This document shows, piece by piece, positions 9,881 through 19,525 of a DNA stretch of 64,000 nucleotides. Location: positions 22,005 through 86,004 of the forward strand of contig CAUSDA010000001.1 in NCBI GenBank assembly GCA_963529965.1, read 5' to 3'. Position 1 is the first letter of the stretch, and each line of letters opens with the position of its first letter. Under the pieces are notes generated by a model. The model searched no databases, was not told the origin of the DNA, and saw only the letters and a program-made list of their open reading frames with translations. Made by a program: the position numbers and the translations under genes. This DNA comes from an uncultured Neisseria sp. Lineage in GTDB: Bacteria > Pseudomonadota > Gammaproteobacteria > Burkholderiales > Neisseriaceae.

Positions 9881-10396
9881 ATGAAACGCGCCAAAAAATA
9901 TCCCTTCTTATCGTTGCAGCGGCAACGTTTCTGCCTGAATTTTGAAAACGCCTCAACCGCTGCCAATCTTCCGAGCGAACGCGATTTCTACCGCTGGGCA
10001 TGGGCGGCGTTGAAAAACGAATACCGCCGCGCCGACATCAGCCTGATTCTGCTGGACGAAGAAGAAGCCCGCGCCTACAACCGCGATTACCGCGGCAAAG
10101 ACTACGCCACCAATGTGTTGAGTTTTGCCTTGAACGAAGGCGAAATCCTGCCCGATCAGTTTTCAGACGAGCTTTGCGGCGATTTGATCATCTGCCCGCA
10201 AGTTGTATTGAAAGAAGCTGCCGAGCAGGGCAAAACCGCCGAGCAGCACTTTGCCCACCTGACCATGCACGGCACATTGCACCTGATGGGCTACGACCAC
10301 ATAGAAGAGGCCGAGGCCGAAGAAATGGAGGCGCTCGAAATCCGCCTGATGCAGGCGGCAGGTTATCCCAACCCCTACCAAGAGGACGAATACTGA
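9881..10396 (+). CDS. ybeY: rRNA maturation RNase YbeY
   Basis: YRGKDYATNVLSF and HGTLHLMGYDH motifs. Confidence 0.96.
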   Translation: MKRAKKYPFLSLQRQRFCLNFENASTAANLPSERDFYRWAWAALKNEYRRADISLILLDEEEARAYNRDYRGKDYATNVLSFALNEGEILPDQFSDELCGDLIICPQVVLKEAAEQGKTAEQHFAHLTMHGTLHLMGYDHIEEAEAEEMEALEIRLMQAAGYPNPYQEDEY

Positions 10397-10397
10397 A

Positions 10398-11222
10398 ATG
10401 GACGACACCCGGTCGAAACCGACATTTTTCGAACGTTTGATTTCCCGACTTGCCGGCGAACCCGATTCCGCCGAAGACGTACTCAGCCTGCTGCGGCAGG
10501 CGCACGAGCAGGAAGTGTTTGACGCGGATACACTTTTGCGGCTGGAAAAAGTCCTCGACTTTGCCGATTTGGAAGTGCGCGATGCCATGATTACCCGCAG
10601 CCACATGAACGTTTTGAAAGAAAACGACAGCATCGAGCGCATCACTGCCTACGTCATCGAAACCGCCCATTCCCGTTTCCCCGTCATCGGCGAAGACAAA
10701 GACGAAGTCCTCGGCATCCTGCACGCCAAAGACCTGCTCAAATACATGTTTAATCCCGAGCAGTTCAACCTCAAATCCATCCTTCGTCCCGCCGTTTTCG
10801 TACCCGAAGGCAAATCGCTGAACGCGCTTTTGAAAGAATTCCGCGAGCAGCGCAACCACATGGCAATCGTTATCGACGAATACGGCGGCACGTCGGGTTT
10901 GGTAACTTTTGAAGACATTATCGAACAAATCGTCGGCGACATCGAAGACGAGTTTGACGAAGACGAAAGCGCGGACAATATCCACGCCGTTTCCACCGAG
11001 CGTTGGCGTATCAACGCCGTAACCGAAATCGAAGACATCAACGCCTTTTTCGGTACGGATTACAGCAGCGAAGAAGCCGACAGCATCGGCGGACTGGTTA
11101 TTCAGGAATTGGGACACCTGCCCGTGCGTGGCGAAAAAGTCGTGATCGGCGGTTTGCAGTTCACTGTCGCCCGCGCCGACAACCGCCGGTTGCATACGTT
11201 GATGGCGACTAAGGTGAAATAA
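10398..11222 (+). CDS. corC: CBS/CorC-HlyC domain Mg/Co transport protein
   Basis: HSRFPV and DEYGGTSGLVTFED motifs; follows ybeY. Confidence 0.9.
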   Translation: MDDTRSKPTFFERLISRLAGEPDSAEDVLSLLRQAHEQEVFDADTLLRLEKVLDFADLEVRDAMITRSHMNVLKENDSIERITAYVIETAHSRFPVIGEDKDEVLGILHAKDLLKYMFNPEQFNLKSILRPAVFVPEGKSLNALLKEFREQRNHMAIVIDEYGGTSGLVTFEDIIEQIVGDIEDEFDEDESADNIHAVSTERWRINAVTEIEDINAFFGTDYSSEEADSIGGLVIQELGHLPVRGEKVVIGGLQFTVARADNRRLHTLMATKVK

Positions 11223-11410
11223 CAATTTACCTGATGAACAAATGAAGCAAGGTCGTCTGAAAACTTGGAAACAGGTTTTCAGACGACCTTTTTAGTATCG
11301 GATTAAGGCGAAATGGAACGGCGGTTGTGTGGAAATATAGATGATGAACAACCGCCGTTTCTCATCGGGCTTACCCTTTAAACGGCTTTTGAAGTTAGCC
11401 TAAAGACAGA

Positions 11411-13921
11411 CTATTTAGCCTTGCTTCTGCCTTTGCGCTTGGTTGGCGCGGTATCCGGGGTTTTCACCTTGATTTTCACGCTCTTGCTTGGCTTTTTGTC
11501 TTTGCGTTTGGCTTTTTCCGTTGCCGTTTTGGCTTTGGCGGTTTTCTTTTTGCCGTTTTCAGACGACGTTGTTGTGCTGGCCGGTTGGGCTTTGCTGCGG
11601 CGTTTGGCGGCGGGTTTTTCTTGTTTTACAGGCGTTTTCATCGCGTCGTCGATTTCTTTCGCCGTCAGTTTGCGCTTGGTTTTCGAGCCGGTTTGGGCGG
11701 TGGTTTTGGCGTGGCGTTTTTTGCCGCTGCTTCCGCCGCTGATCAAGGTCAGGTCGATTTTGCTGGTGTCCAAATCGGCGCGCGCTACTCGGACGCTGAC
11801 TTTGTCGCCCATGTTGAAACGGATGCCGCTGCGTTCGCCTTCTATCGCCATGATTTCGGGGCGGAAGTTGAAATAGTCTTCGCCCAAATCGCTGATGTGT
11901 ACCAAGCCGTCGATGTGGATGCCGTCCAAGGTAACGAAGAGGCCAAAGTTGGTCATGCCGGAGATTTTGCCTTCGAATATTTCGCCGACTTTATCGCGCA
12001 TATAATAGGTTTTCAGCCAGTTTTCCACGTCGCGGCTGGCATCGTCGGCGCGGCGTTCGCAGAACGAGGTATGTACGCCCAAAGCCTGCCAGCTTTTGCT
12101 TGGCGTGTAGGTTTGCTGGTTCAACACGGCTTTGATGGCGCGGTGGACGGTCAGGTCGGGATAGCGGCGGATGGGGGAGGTGAAGTGGGCGTATGCTTCG
12201 TAGGCAAGGCCGAAGTGTCCGTCGCAATGCGGTTCGTAAACTGCCTGCTGCATGGAACGCAACATCATGACTTGCAGCAATTCGGCATCGGGTCTGCCTT
12301 TGAATTGTTCGGCAAGTGCGGCATAGTCTTTCGGTGTCGGGTTGTCGCCGCCACCCAGTTGCAAACCCAATAAGCCGAGCTGCTCGCGCAGGGTGGCGAG
12401 TTTTTCGGGTGTCGGGCCTAAGTGGTTGCGGAAGAGGGCGGTGTGTTTGTTTTTTATCAGGAACTCTGCCGCGCAGACGTTCGCCGCCAACATACATTCT
12501 TCAATCAGTTTGTGGGCGTCGTTGCGGACAACGGGCACGATTTTTTTGATTTTACCGTTGTCGTCGAAAAGCATTTGGGTTTCGACGCTTTCAAACTCCA
12601 CCGCACCGCGTTCGAAGCGTTTTTTCTGAAGGATTTTGAAGAGTTTGTAAAGGGTGTCGATTTGGGCTTTGTGCGGGTGTTCTAGGTCGTCTGAAATCCA
12701 ATCCCAGACTTGGTTGTACGTCAGGCGGGCATGGGAACGCATAACCGCAGGGTAGAAGCGGTATTCTTTAATATTGCCCGCGTAAGTGATGACCATGTCG
12801 CACACCATGCACAAACGCTCGACATCGGGATTGAGCGAGCAGATGCCGTTGGACAGGTTTTCCGGCAGCATGGGAATCACGCGGCGCGGGAAGTAAACGC
12901 TGGTGCTGCGTTCCTGCGCGTCCGTGTCGATAGCGTCATCGGGGCGGACATAATGGCTGACATCGGCAATCGCCACGACCAAACGGTAATTGCGCCCGAT
13001 TTTTTCGGCAAACACGGCATCGTCGAAATCGCGCGCCGTTTCGCCGTCTATGGTTACCAAAGGCAAATCGCGCAAATCGACGCGGCCTTTCAAATCGCTT
13101 TTACGAACATGGTCGGGGATTTTTTTCGCGGCTTTGGCACACGCTTCACTGAATTGGTGCGGCAAATGGTGTTTGCGCACGGCGATTTCGATTTCCATAC
13201 CGCTGTCGGCATAATCGCCCAATACTTCGATGATTTTCGCCACAGCAGGGCGGTTTTGCTCGGGATAAGTCTCGATTTCGCCGACGATGACCTGGCCGGA
13301 TTCGGGTTTGAAATGCGCGACGCTGTCAGGTTCCAAGACAATGCTTTGGTTCAGGCGTTTGTCTTCCGCTTCCAAAATCGCTACGCCGCGATCCATATAG
13401 AAACGTCCGACCACTTTGCTTTGCGCGCGTTCGACAATATCTAAAACCGTTCCTTCACGGCGGCCCTTGCGGTCGATGCCGGCAGGGCGGACGGTCACGA
13501 TGTCGCCGTGCATGATGCCGCGCATTTGGCGTTCATATAAGACAAAATCGCCGTCTTTGGTGGGCGTGAGCGGTACGGCGAAGCCGAAGCCGAAGCCGTC
13601 TTTGTGCGCCTCGACACGACATTTGACCAAATCCAATTTGTCCGCCGCGCAAACCGCACCGCGACGGTTGATTAAAACCTGACCGTCCCGCGCCATCGCT
13701 TTCAGACGACGTTCGAAAAATTCGTACTCTTCTTCCGTAATCGACAACTCGCGTGCCAAGACTTCGATTTTCGACGGCACGCCTTTTTGCTCCAATAATT
13801 CAATGATCCACTCCCTGCTTGGCAGCGGATGTTCGTAACGTTGTTTCTCCCGTTTCAAAAACGGGTCTTTTTCTCGTAAATTTAAAGATTTAATATTTTT
13901 GTTCATTTTATTGGTTGACAT
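11411..13921 (-). CDS. rnr: Ribonuclease R
   Basis: TIDGETARDFDDA, HFTSPIRRYPD, S1 domain, basic C-tail; start may be 13906. Confidence 0.96.
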   Translation of the reverse strand: MSTNKMNKNIKSLNLREKDPFLKREKQRYEHPLPSREWIIELLEQKGVPSKIEVLARELSITEEEYEFFERRLKAMARDGQVLINRRGAVCAADKLDLVKCRVEAHKDGFGFGFAVPLTPTKDGDFVLYERQMRGIMHGDIVTVRPAGIDRKGRREGTVLDIVERAQSKVVGRFYMDRGVAILEAEDKRLNQSIVLEPDSVAHFKPESGQVIVGEIETYPEQNRPAVAKIIEVLGDYADSGMEIEIAVRKHHLPHQFSEACAKAAKKIPDHVRKSDLKGRVDLRDLPLVTIDGETARDFDDAVFAEKIGRNYRLVVAIADVSHYVRPDDAIDTDAQERSTSVYFPRRVIPMLPENLSNGICSLNPDVERLCMVCDMVITYAGNIKEYRFYPAVMRSHARLTYNQVWDWISDDLEHPHKAQIDTLYKLFKILQKKRFERGAVEFESVETQMLFDDNGKIKKIVPVVRNDAHKLIEECMLAANVCAAEFLIKNKHTALFRNHLGPTPEKLATLREQLGLLGLQLGGGDNPTPKDYAALAEQFKGRPDAELLQVMMLRSMQQAVYEPHCDGHFGLAYEAYAHFTSPIRRYPDLTVHRAIKAVLNQQTYTPSKSWQALGVHTSFCERRADDASRDVENWLKTYYMRDKVGEIFEGKISGMTNFGLFVTLDGIHIDGLVHISDLGEDYFNFRPEIMAIEGERSGIRFNMGDKVSVRVARADLDTSKIDLTLISGGSSGKKRHAKTTAQTGSKTKRKLTAKEIDDAMKTPVKQEKPAAKRRSKAQPASTTTSSENGKKKTAKAKTATEKAKRKDKKPSKSVKIKVKTPDTAPTKRKGRSKAK

Positions 13922-13942
13922 TCTTTTTCTAAAATATATAAT
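13915..13942 (+). promoter_or_regulatory. Sigma70 promoter of the tRNA operon
   Basis: Perfect TTGACA-16 bp-TATAAT, 57 bp upstream of the first tRNA. Confidence 0.85.
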
Positions 13943-13999
13943 GACCGCTTCTTTGCGAAATAGTCAATCACTGTAACGCAAAACAGGAAATAAAGCAAA

Positions 14000-14086
14000 G
14001 CCCAGGTGGCGGAATTGGTAGACGCGCTAGCTTCAGGTGCTAGTGTCCTCACGGGCGTGGAAGTTCGAGTCTTCTCCTGGGCACCA
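14000..14086 (+). tRNA. tRNA-Leu(CAG)
   Basis: GCCCAGG/CCTGGGC acceptor stem, CTAGC-TTCAGGT-GCTAG anticodon arm, long variable arm, CCA end. Confidence 0.97.
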
Positions 14087-14123
14087 AACCTTTTGGTCGC
14101 CGCTTTGCTTATCCATCCTAATT

Positions 14124-14210
14124 GCCCAGGTGGCGGAATTGGTAGACGCGCTAGCTTCAGGTGCTAGTATCCTCACGGGTGTGGAAGTTCGAGTCTTCTC
14201 CTGGGCACCA
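14124..14210 (+). tRNA. tRNA-Leu(CAG), second copy
   Basis: Same cloverleaf; two differences in the variable arm. Confidence 0.97.
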
Positions 14211-14304
14211 AATCAATTATCCGGCTTATCCGGATTTTTTATTGAATAGATTTATTTGTCTGATTAAGCTACAATATCAGACGACAAAATATGTTTGATT
14301 CCAC

Positions 14305-14395
14305 AGAGAGGTGGATGAGTGGTTTAAGTCGCACGCCTGGAAAGCGTGTATACGTGAATAGCGTATCGAGGGTTCGAATCCCTTCCTCTCTGCCA
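14305..14395 (+). tRNA. tRNA-Ser(GGA), prophage target
   Basis: AGAGAGG/CCTCTCT acceptor stem, CACGC-CTGGAAA-GCGTG anticodon arm, GCCA end. Confidence 0.96.
14377..14395 (+). repeat. attL core
   Basis: AATCCCTTCCTCTCTGCCA, identical at 53148-53166. Confidence 0.93.
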
Positions 14396-14563
14396 ATTAC
14401 TTTTTTAAAAGTTTTTCATCACTTTTAAATCTATATATAAATGGCTAAGTTATCAAAGACTTAGCCATTTTTTGTATTTGTATGTTTTAAATCTATTTCT
14501 AGTACATACAGATTCTTTTGATTTTTTTATGGTATTTTATGTGTTATCAACAAGGAGTAACAC

Positions 14564-15775
14564 ATGCCTAAAATCGTAACGCCTTTGAGCTTGTCTCAAA
14601 TCAAAACCGCCAAACCCAAAGACAAGGTTTATAAACTTTCCGACGGCGGCGGGCTGGCTTTATGGGTTTTGCCGTCCGGTACTAAATCTTGGCGGCTACA
14701 ATACCGCCGAGCCGATGGGAAAATGGACACGATGACTTTAGGACTTTTCCCCCGCTTCGGGTTAGCAGATGCTCGCGCTTGGCGGGAGGAGATATTGTCT
14801 AAAATTAAAAATGGCATAAATCCCAAATTGATTTCAGACGACGTAGCCGCAGCATATCGGTTTGAAAATTGTTTGGCGCGGTGGTTTGACAAATGGCGCA
14901 AGTCTGGGGGCAAACAGGGGACGGGGAAGAATCCCCGTTATGCGGAGCAGGTCTTGGCTGCGATTGAGCTTAATGTCTTGCCGACATTCAAGGGGCGCGA
15001 TATTCGGTCAATCACGACGGCGGAAGTTGTCGCGGTGTTGCGCAAGATGGAGCAGCGGCAGGCTTTGGAGTATCTGCGGCGGGTAAAAGGTAACTTAGGT
15101 CTGATGTTTGATTATTTTGTTGCTGACGGCTCTATCCCTTCGAATCCTGTTGCGGTCATCGGCAGGCAGGTTTTTGACAAACCGCCCGAACGTCATTTCG
15201 ATGCTTTGCGATTCGACCAACTCCCCCTTTTAGTTGAACGCCTCGAAACGTCAAAAGATATTGGAGACCGCGCGCGGCTTTTAATTTACTGGCAACTGTT
15301 GAGCATGACGCGCCCGTCGGAAGCGGCAGGGACTAGGCTGTCAGAAATAAATCTCAAGGCAGGCATTTGGGAAATACCTATCGAACGAATGAAGACACGC
15401 CCGCATATTGTTCCATTGAGTTCGGCTTTGAAAACTATTTATTTCGAGGCTCTCCGCCTTAATGTGAACGGTATTTATTTGTTTGAGGGCGCAGGATTCG
15501 CTAAACCCATGTCCTCCGAAACTGTTCGCATAAAACTACGCTCCAAGATGGGACTTAACACAACGGCGCACGGCCTCCGAAGTTTGGCGCGAACATACCT
15601 GCGCGAAGTTTATAAAATCCGCAGAGATGTCGGAGAGATGCTACTTTCTCACGGGATATCCGACAAAACAGAACGCGCCTATGATCGCTCCGAACTTTTA
15701 GACGAGCGGCTGGAGATGCTCGAGAACTTAGGGCGCGATGTCATGGCTCTTCGTGACCGTTATCGCACTAAATGA
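14564..15775 (+). CDS. int: Tyrosine integrase (P4-like, arm-binding N-domain)
   Basis: KLSDGGGLALWV N-domain; catalytic R (TRPSE), HGLR, H (LSHG), Y (RAYDR). Confidence 0.95.
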   Translation: MPKIVTPLSLSQIKTAKPKDKVYKLSDGGGLALWVLPSGTKSWRLQYRRADGKMDTMTLGLFPRFGLADARAWREEILSKIKNGINPKLISDDVAAAYRFENCLARWFDKWRKSGGKQGTGKNPRYAEQVLAAIELNVLPTFKGRDIRSITTAEVVAVLRKMEQRQALEYLRRVKGNLGLMFDYFVADGSIPSNPVAVIGRQVFDKPPERHFDALRFDQLPLLVERLETSKDIGDRARLLIYWQLLSMTRPSEAAGTRLSEINLKAGIWEIPIERMKTRPHIVPLSSALKTIYFEALRLNVNGIYLFEGAGFAKPMSSETVRIKLRSKMGLNTTAHGLRSLARTYLREVYKIRRDVGEMLLSHGISDKTERAYDRSELLDERLEMLENLGRDVMALRDRYRTK

Positions 15776-15844
15776 TGTCATTCGCTATGTGGTCGTCTGA
15801 AACATTTCAGACGACCTTTTTTTGTGTTGCCGACCCTGCGACGA

Positions 15845-15910
15845 CGGGCGGCGCGCGCTCCCCCTCCACGCCCGCGGGGTTTGTGTGGGTGTGTTTTTTT
15901 ATGCAGCGAT
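15845..15910 (+). other. Candidate cos/packaging region
   Basis: GCGCGCGCTCCCCCTCCACGCCCGCGGGGTTTGTGTG...TTTTATGCA followed by repeated TTTATGC boxes; resembles P2-family cos regions as I recall them; not verified. Confidence 0.5.
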
Positions 15911-16038
15911 AGAGTAGGCGGGAATCCTTATATTTCATGGGGATTTCGGGGATTTTTGGATGTTGGTTTTTTATGCGTTTTTATGCAAGATTATGCATTT
16001 TCATGCTGATTTATGCACTGCCTTTAAAATACAATAAT

Positions 16039-16070
16039 AAAGCCGTCTGATTTTTTTCAGACGGCTTTTT
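16039..16070. terminator. Classical-DUS inverted repeat terminator after gene S
   Basis: AAAGCCGTCTGA...TCAGACGGCTTT. Confidence 0.75.
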
Positions 16071-16682
16071 TCAATCGATTTTTAGGGCTTGTAATAACTG
16101 GTCTGTGACGTATTGCAAATCCTCTTTCGGCAATCCCAATAACAGGCGCGATGGTAGGTTTTTACTGGAATTACCATCTTCGTGTTCAGCGGCAATGGCT
16201 GCTGCTGAACCACCGAACCAACCAATTTGCGCGCGGTTGGCATCTGCCTTTTGACGAAGCCAGCGGGCAGCACCGAGACTGCGGAACATTGCCATACGAG
16301 ATGTCGTCGGCGTTTTCAGGTATAAATATTCTCGGCGGAATCCCAATAGATTTCGCTCTCCCTCAAACCGCACCAATTCTTTTCCGTTTTCTGTACGGCT
16401 GTATGCGATGCGTCCTGTGTAGTTGTCACCGTACTTTTCTCCGAAAAAACGAAACGGTCGACCGTTCAGCCCTTCGCCATCCCGTATGCGGCGGAACATA
16501 AAGCGGTCGCCCTGACGCTTCGCCATTGGCTTGCCATCAGGTTCCACGTTTGCCCGAATCCGTTCGCGGTTCCGGCGGCGCAGCTCCGTTGCGATTGTGC
16601 GCAAAAGTTTGGCGCGGGCAGACGGTTGGAGTTGCAATGCCAGATAGCGGATTTGCGCGACAAACTCTTCCAACTCTTGCAT
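16071..16682 (-). CDS. Tail completion/virion morphogenesis protein (P2 S-like)
   Basis: RIRANVEPDGKPM and LPSRLLLGL motifs; follows R. Confidence 0.85.
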   Translation of the reverse strand: MQELEEFVAQIRYLALQLQPSARAKLLRTIATELRRRNRERIRANVEPDGKPMAKRQGDRFMFRRIRDGEGLNGRPFRFFGEKYGDNYTGRIAYSRTENGKELVRFEGERNLLGFRREYLYLKTPTTSRMAMFRSLGAARWLRQKADANRAQIGWFGGSAAAIAAEHEDGNSSKNLPSRLLLGLPKEDLQYVTDQLLQALKID

Positions 16683-16733
16683 TTGTTTATCCTTTTAGCA
16701 AAAAGGGCGCATGATTGCGCCCCGCATTGATGC

Positions 16734-17147
16734 CTAAAATACCTGTCGCGGCGGCTCTGTCTTGACTTTGTATGTAACCAAACCATTATCATCAAGTCCG
16801 GCGATGACGGTCTCTGACAATTTAAGCTCTATCATCACATCCCACACATCCGACTCTATCGGTTCAGCCTCGAAAATAAAGGCGCGTGTTGATGCGTTCG
16901 CACCCGGACATAAAATATCCGGCTGATTTTCCTGCAGCCACTTGTTCACAATCAAAAAAAGATACGCAGGATCGCGATGGAACTCCTGAATAAAAATATT
17001 GAGCGTGTACTTCGCTTCATAACTCAATGTATTGCGTTTCGGAATAATCTGCCCCGACAAAACCGTCAGACGCAGACGGTCAGGGGCGGCTTTAAACTCC
17101 GGCAGCGTTTCTTGTATGGCAAGACGCAGGCTTTTGGGCTTTTCCAT
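16734..17147 (-). CDS. Tail completion protein (P2 R-like)
   Basis: MEKPKSLR start, WLQENQPD motif. Confidence 0.85.
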   Translation of the reverse strand: MEKPKSLRLAIQETLPEFKAAPDRLRLTVLSGQIIPKRNTLSYEAKYTLNIFIQEFHRDPAYLFLIVNKWLQENQPDILCPGANASTRAFIFEAEPIESDVWDVMIELKLSETVIAGLDDNGLVTYKVKTEPPRQVF

Positions 17148-17159
17148 TATCAGACGACC

Positions 17160-17393
17160 TTATTTTTTAAACCGCTGCCGCTGCTCTTCGATACGTTGGC
17201 AGTCAATACACAATCGGCAACCCGGCACCGCCTCTCGGCGCGCTTCAGGGATGATTTCGCCGCACTCTTCACACTCTTGGGCGGATGGCGTGGCGGATTC
17301 TTGTTCCTTTTGGCGCAACAGCCAGAATTCGCGCATTTTTTGCTCTAAGTCGCAGGCTTGGTCGATGATGTCGGTCATGGTGTGGCTTTCCAT
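17160..17393 (-). CDS. TraR/DksA C4 zinc-finger protein
   Basis: DIIDQA; CEECGEIIPEARREAVPGCRLCIDCQ. Confidence 0.9.
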   Translation of the reverse strand: MESHTMTDIIDQACDLEQKMREFWLLRQKEQESATPSAQECEECGEIIPEARREAVPGCRLCIDCQRIEEQRQRFKK

Positions 17394-17632
17394 TCTTCAT
17401 CGCCTTTGAGGCAGGCGGACAAAGCGTCTCGATAGAGGCGGCATTGTTCAAACGCCGAGCGATAGGCAATCAAGGCGCGAACCATGTCCGCATTGGTTGC
17501 AATCTCTTCGGGCGGATAGGCTTCACACTTCGGCACCGGCGGGCATGACTCGGCAGCCTGTACGGATACCGGCGGATTATGGGCGCAGGCAGTAAGGGCA
17601 ATGGCTGCGACGATAACGGAGAGACGTTTCAT
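17375..17632 (-). CDS. o-spanin (LysC/Rz1-like lipoprotein)
   Basis: Lipobox LTAC, CPPVPKC, in the lysis cassette. Confidence 0.75.
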   Translation of the reverse strand: MKRLSVIVAAIALTACAHNPPVSVQAAESCPPVPKCEAYPPEEIATNADMVRALIAYRSAFEQCRLYRDALSACLKGDEEWKATP

Positions 17633-17686
17633 TTTTTCATCTTTCATAGTTTGATGTTTAAAAGGGCGCAATCATGCGCCCCGCTG

Positions 17687-18001
17687 TTATTTTTTATTGA
17701 TGGTTTTGGCTACATCTTCGGGCAGTTTTTCAGACGACCATTCATGATGCTTAGTCAGTGCTGCTTCGACTTGGCTGTTTTTTTCAGCCTGCACCTTCAT
17801 GATTTGGTTTACCTGCTCCTGCAAGCTTTGGGCGCGGGCTTTATAAATCCTGATTGTTGCGTCTTTTGATTTGATGGCGGCTTCCTGCGCGGCGACTGTT
17901 TGTGTCAGTGCCTTATTGCTTTTTCGCATGTACATCAAGCCATATCCGAGGACGGCGACAGTCAGGATATAAGACACGACAACAACAATAGCTGTTTTCA
18001 T
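17687..18001 (-). CDS. i-spanin (LysB-like)
   Basis: N-terminal TM, coiled coil, WSSEKLPEDV tail. Confidence 0.75.
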   Translation of the reverse strand: MKTAIVVVVSYILTVAVLGYGLMYMRKSNKALTQTVAAQEAAIKSKDATIRIYKARAQSLQEQVNQIMKVQAEKNSQVEAALTKHHEWSSEKLPEDVAKTINKK

Positions 18002-18014
18002 ATCATCTCCCTTT

Positions 18015-18554
18015 CTAGGCTTCGCTCACGCCTGCGGCGGCAGTGCCGGTAACGATGGGCAGGTTATAACGCTCTTCCGACGGGGACGATTTAACAGGTT
18101 TACCGTCCACCAATTTAGACGGCCAGTAGTATCCATCGATGTCGGCGGCGTTAAACGGCACGATTGATACGGCATTGCCCTGATTACCGCCCCATCCCAT
18201 AATCTGCCCTTTGGCGTTTTTGCCGCAAACGAAAAACACATGTCCGCCGCCTTTGCGGGATTTCACGGCGATACATCCATAGGCAGGCTTAGAAAGCTTG
18301 GTTAGACCTGCTTCAGACCATGCCTTTGCACGATACCAATCCTTGATGACGGCGCGCCCGCTTTTGCCGAGACAGTACCCGACAAACAGACCGCACCACG
18401 GTGTCTCGTCGTCTGCGTACCACGCTTTTGCAGCATTGGGAAAGCCGCCCATCTCTTTGAGCCAAGACTGGATAATCGGGTTATGTTTCGCGCCGACGAT
18501 TTCTCTCAATCCGAGGTGCCGGCGGGCTTCTGCCATCCAAGGCAATTCAGTCAT
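18015..18554 (-). CDS. Endolysin, NlpC/P60-like (TIGR02594-type)
   Basis: ETPWCG, GGGHVFFV and GGNQ motifs; next to holins. Confidence 0.85.
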   Translation of the reverse strand: MTELPWMAEARRHLGLREIVGAKHNPIIQSWLKEMGGFPNAAKAWYADDETPWCGLFVGYCLGKSGRAVIKDWYRAKAWSEAGLTKLSKPAYGCIAVKSRKGGGHVFFVCGKNAKGQIMGWGGNQGNAVSIVPFNAADIDGYYWPSKLVDGKPVKSSPSEERYNLPIVTGTAAAGVSEA

Positions 18555-18565
18555 ATTTTTTTCCT

Positions 18566-18940
18566 TTAATTGTGTGTTTCAGATGTTGTCCGACCTTCTT
18601 GCATCAGGTTTTTTGATGACTGGCTTACCGCCTGTCGTTTCAAGAATCCTTGATTTGCGGCGATAGGTCGGGTTTTTTTCGGGTTAATTTTGCTGACGTT
18701 TCCGCCGCTCCATAACACTGCACCCGTGTGCAGGGCGAGACCGAAAATCAGTAGCCATGTGGTGAGGGATTCGATGGCAAAGGCGGCGGCCAGTGCGAGA
18801 CTGCAAAACCACACGATAGACAGATAGGCGATTGCCGCACTCAACGGCTTATGCGTCTTTCCGCGCGCGTCGAACATGATGATTCTCAGGGCGGAGGTCA
18901 GGGATAAAGCAATGATGGCGGTGGTTTGAACGGTATTCAT
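18566..18940 (-). CDS. Holin-family membrane protein
   Basis: Three TM segments, GGNVSKI motif, basic tail. Confidence 0.7.
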   Translation of the reverse strand: MNTVQTTAIIALSLTSALRIIMFDARGKTHKPLSAAIAYLSIVWFCSLALAAAFAIESLTTWLLIFGLALHTGAVLWSGGNVSKINPKKTRPIAANQGFLKRQAVSQSSKNLMQEGRTTSETHN

Positions 18941-19305
18941 ACCTCTTTTTCCTCTTCCAATTCCGTGTTTTTCAGACGACCTTGGTCAATCAGGCGCATG
19001 ATGCGTTGCAGTCCCAATACCAAACCGGCAGAAAAGAGGGCGGCAGCAGTAAAGCTATTGATGCGCAGCTCGTCGCCCGGCATCAGCCAGTTAACAATGT
19101 CTTCCGCGCCGTCGTAACCAAAAATACCGCCAACAAAGGACACGGCAAACAACCAAGCCTTATTGATCGGACGTTCGGCTTTTTGGCTTAGGACAAACAA
19201 GGAAGCGCCGATAAGCGCGCCAAACGCGACGGAGGCGTGGACGTGGTAGCTTCCGATGACGATAACGGCGGCATTGACGGCGGTGGTGGTTTTATCGTGG
19301 GTCAT
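18937..19305 (-). CDS. Putative holin
   Basis: Hydrophobic, FGALIGASLFV, between X and the lysin. Confidence 0.7.
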   Translation of the reverse strand: MTHDKTTTAVNAAVIVIGSYHVHASVAFGALIGASLFVLSQKAERPINKAWLFAVSFVGGIFGYDGAEDIVNWLMPGDELRINSFTAAALFSAGLVLGLQRIMRLIDQGRLKNTELEEEKEV

Positions 19306-19311
19306 AACGTT

Positions 19312-19524
19312 TCAATCCCATAGGTTCAGGGTGGATTTTTCTTGTATTTCTTCGTTTTGCGCGGCTTCGTGCAGCCTTATTTTTATGCCGGCGGGCAGCA
19401 GGGCAGGGTGGGCGGACAAGCCGTAATTCGCGGTCAGGATGCGCTCGGTATGCCCTGCTGATGTGCCATAGTGCCGCCATGCGATATTTGCGACGGTGTC
19501 GCCTTCTTGCGTTATGTATTCCAT
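19312..19524 (-). CDS. Tail protein X
   Basis: QEGDTVANIAWRHYG...LNLWD. Confidence 0.9.
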   Translation of the reverse strand: MEYITQEGDTVANIAWRHYGTSAGHTERILTANYGLSAHPALLPAGIKIRLHEAAQNEEIQEKSTLNLWD

Positions 19525-19525
19525 T

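Noticed and set aside
4556..13682. Long antisense ORFs (e.g. 4556-5881, 6382-7266, 10188-11225, 11585-12373)
   Set aside because: Shadows of GC-rich housekeeping genes; no motifs or RBS. The same applies to 59458-60414 and 60448-61578.
14000..14210. Tandem tRNA-Leu copies as att sites of a second element
   Set aside because: Both are full-length, 37 bp apart, and differ only by a compensatory pair in the variable arm.
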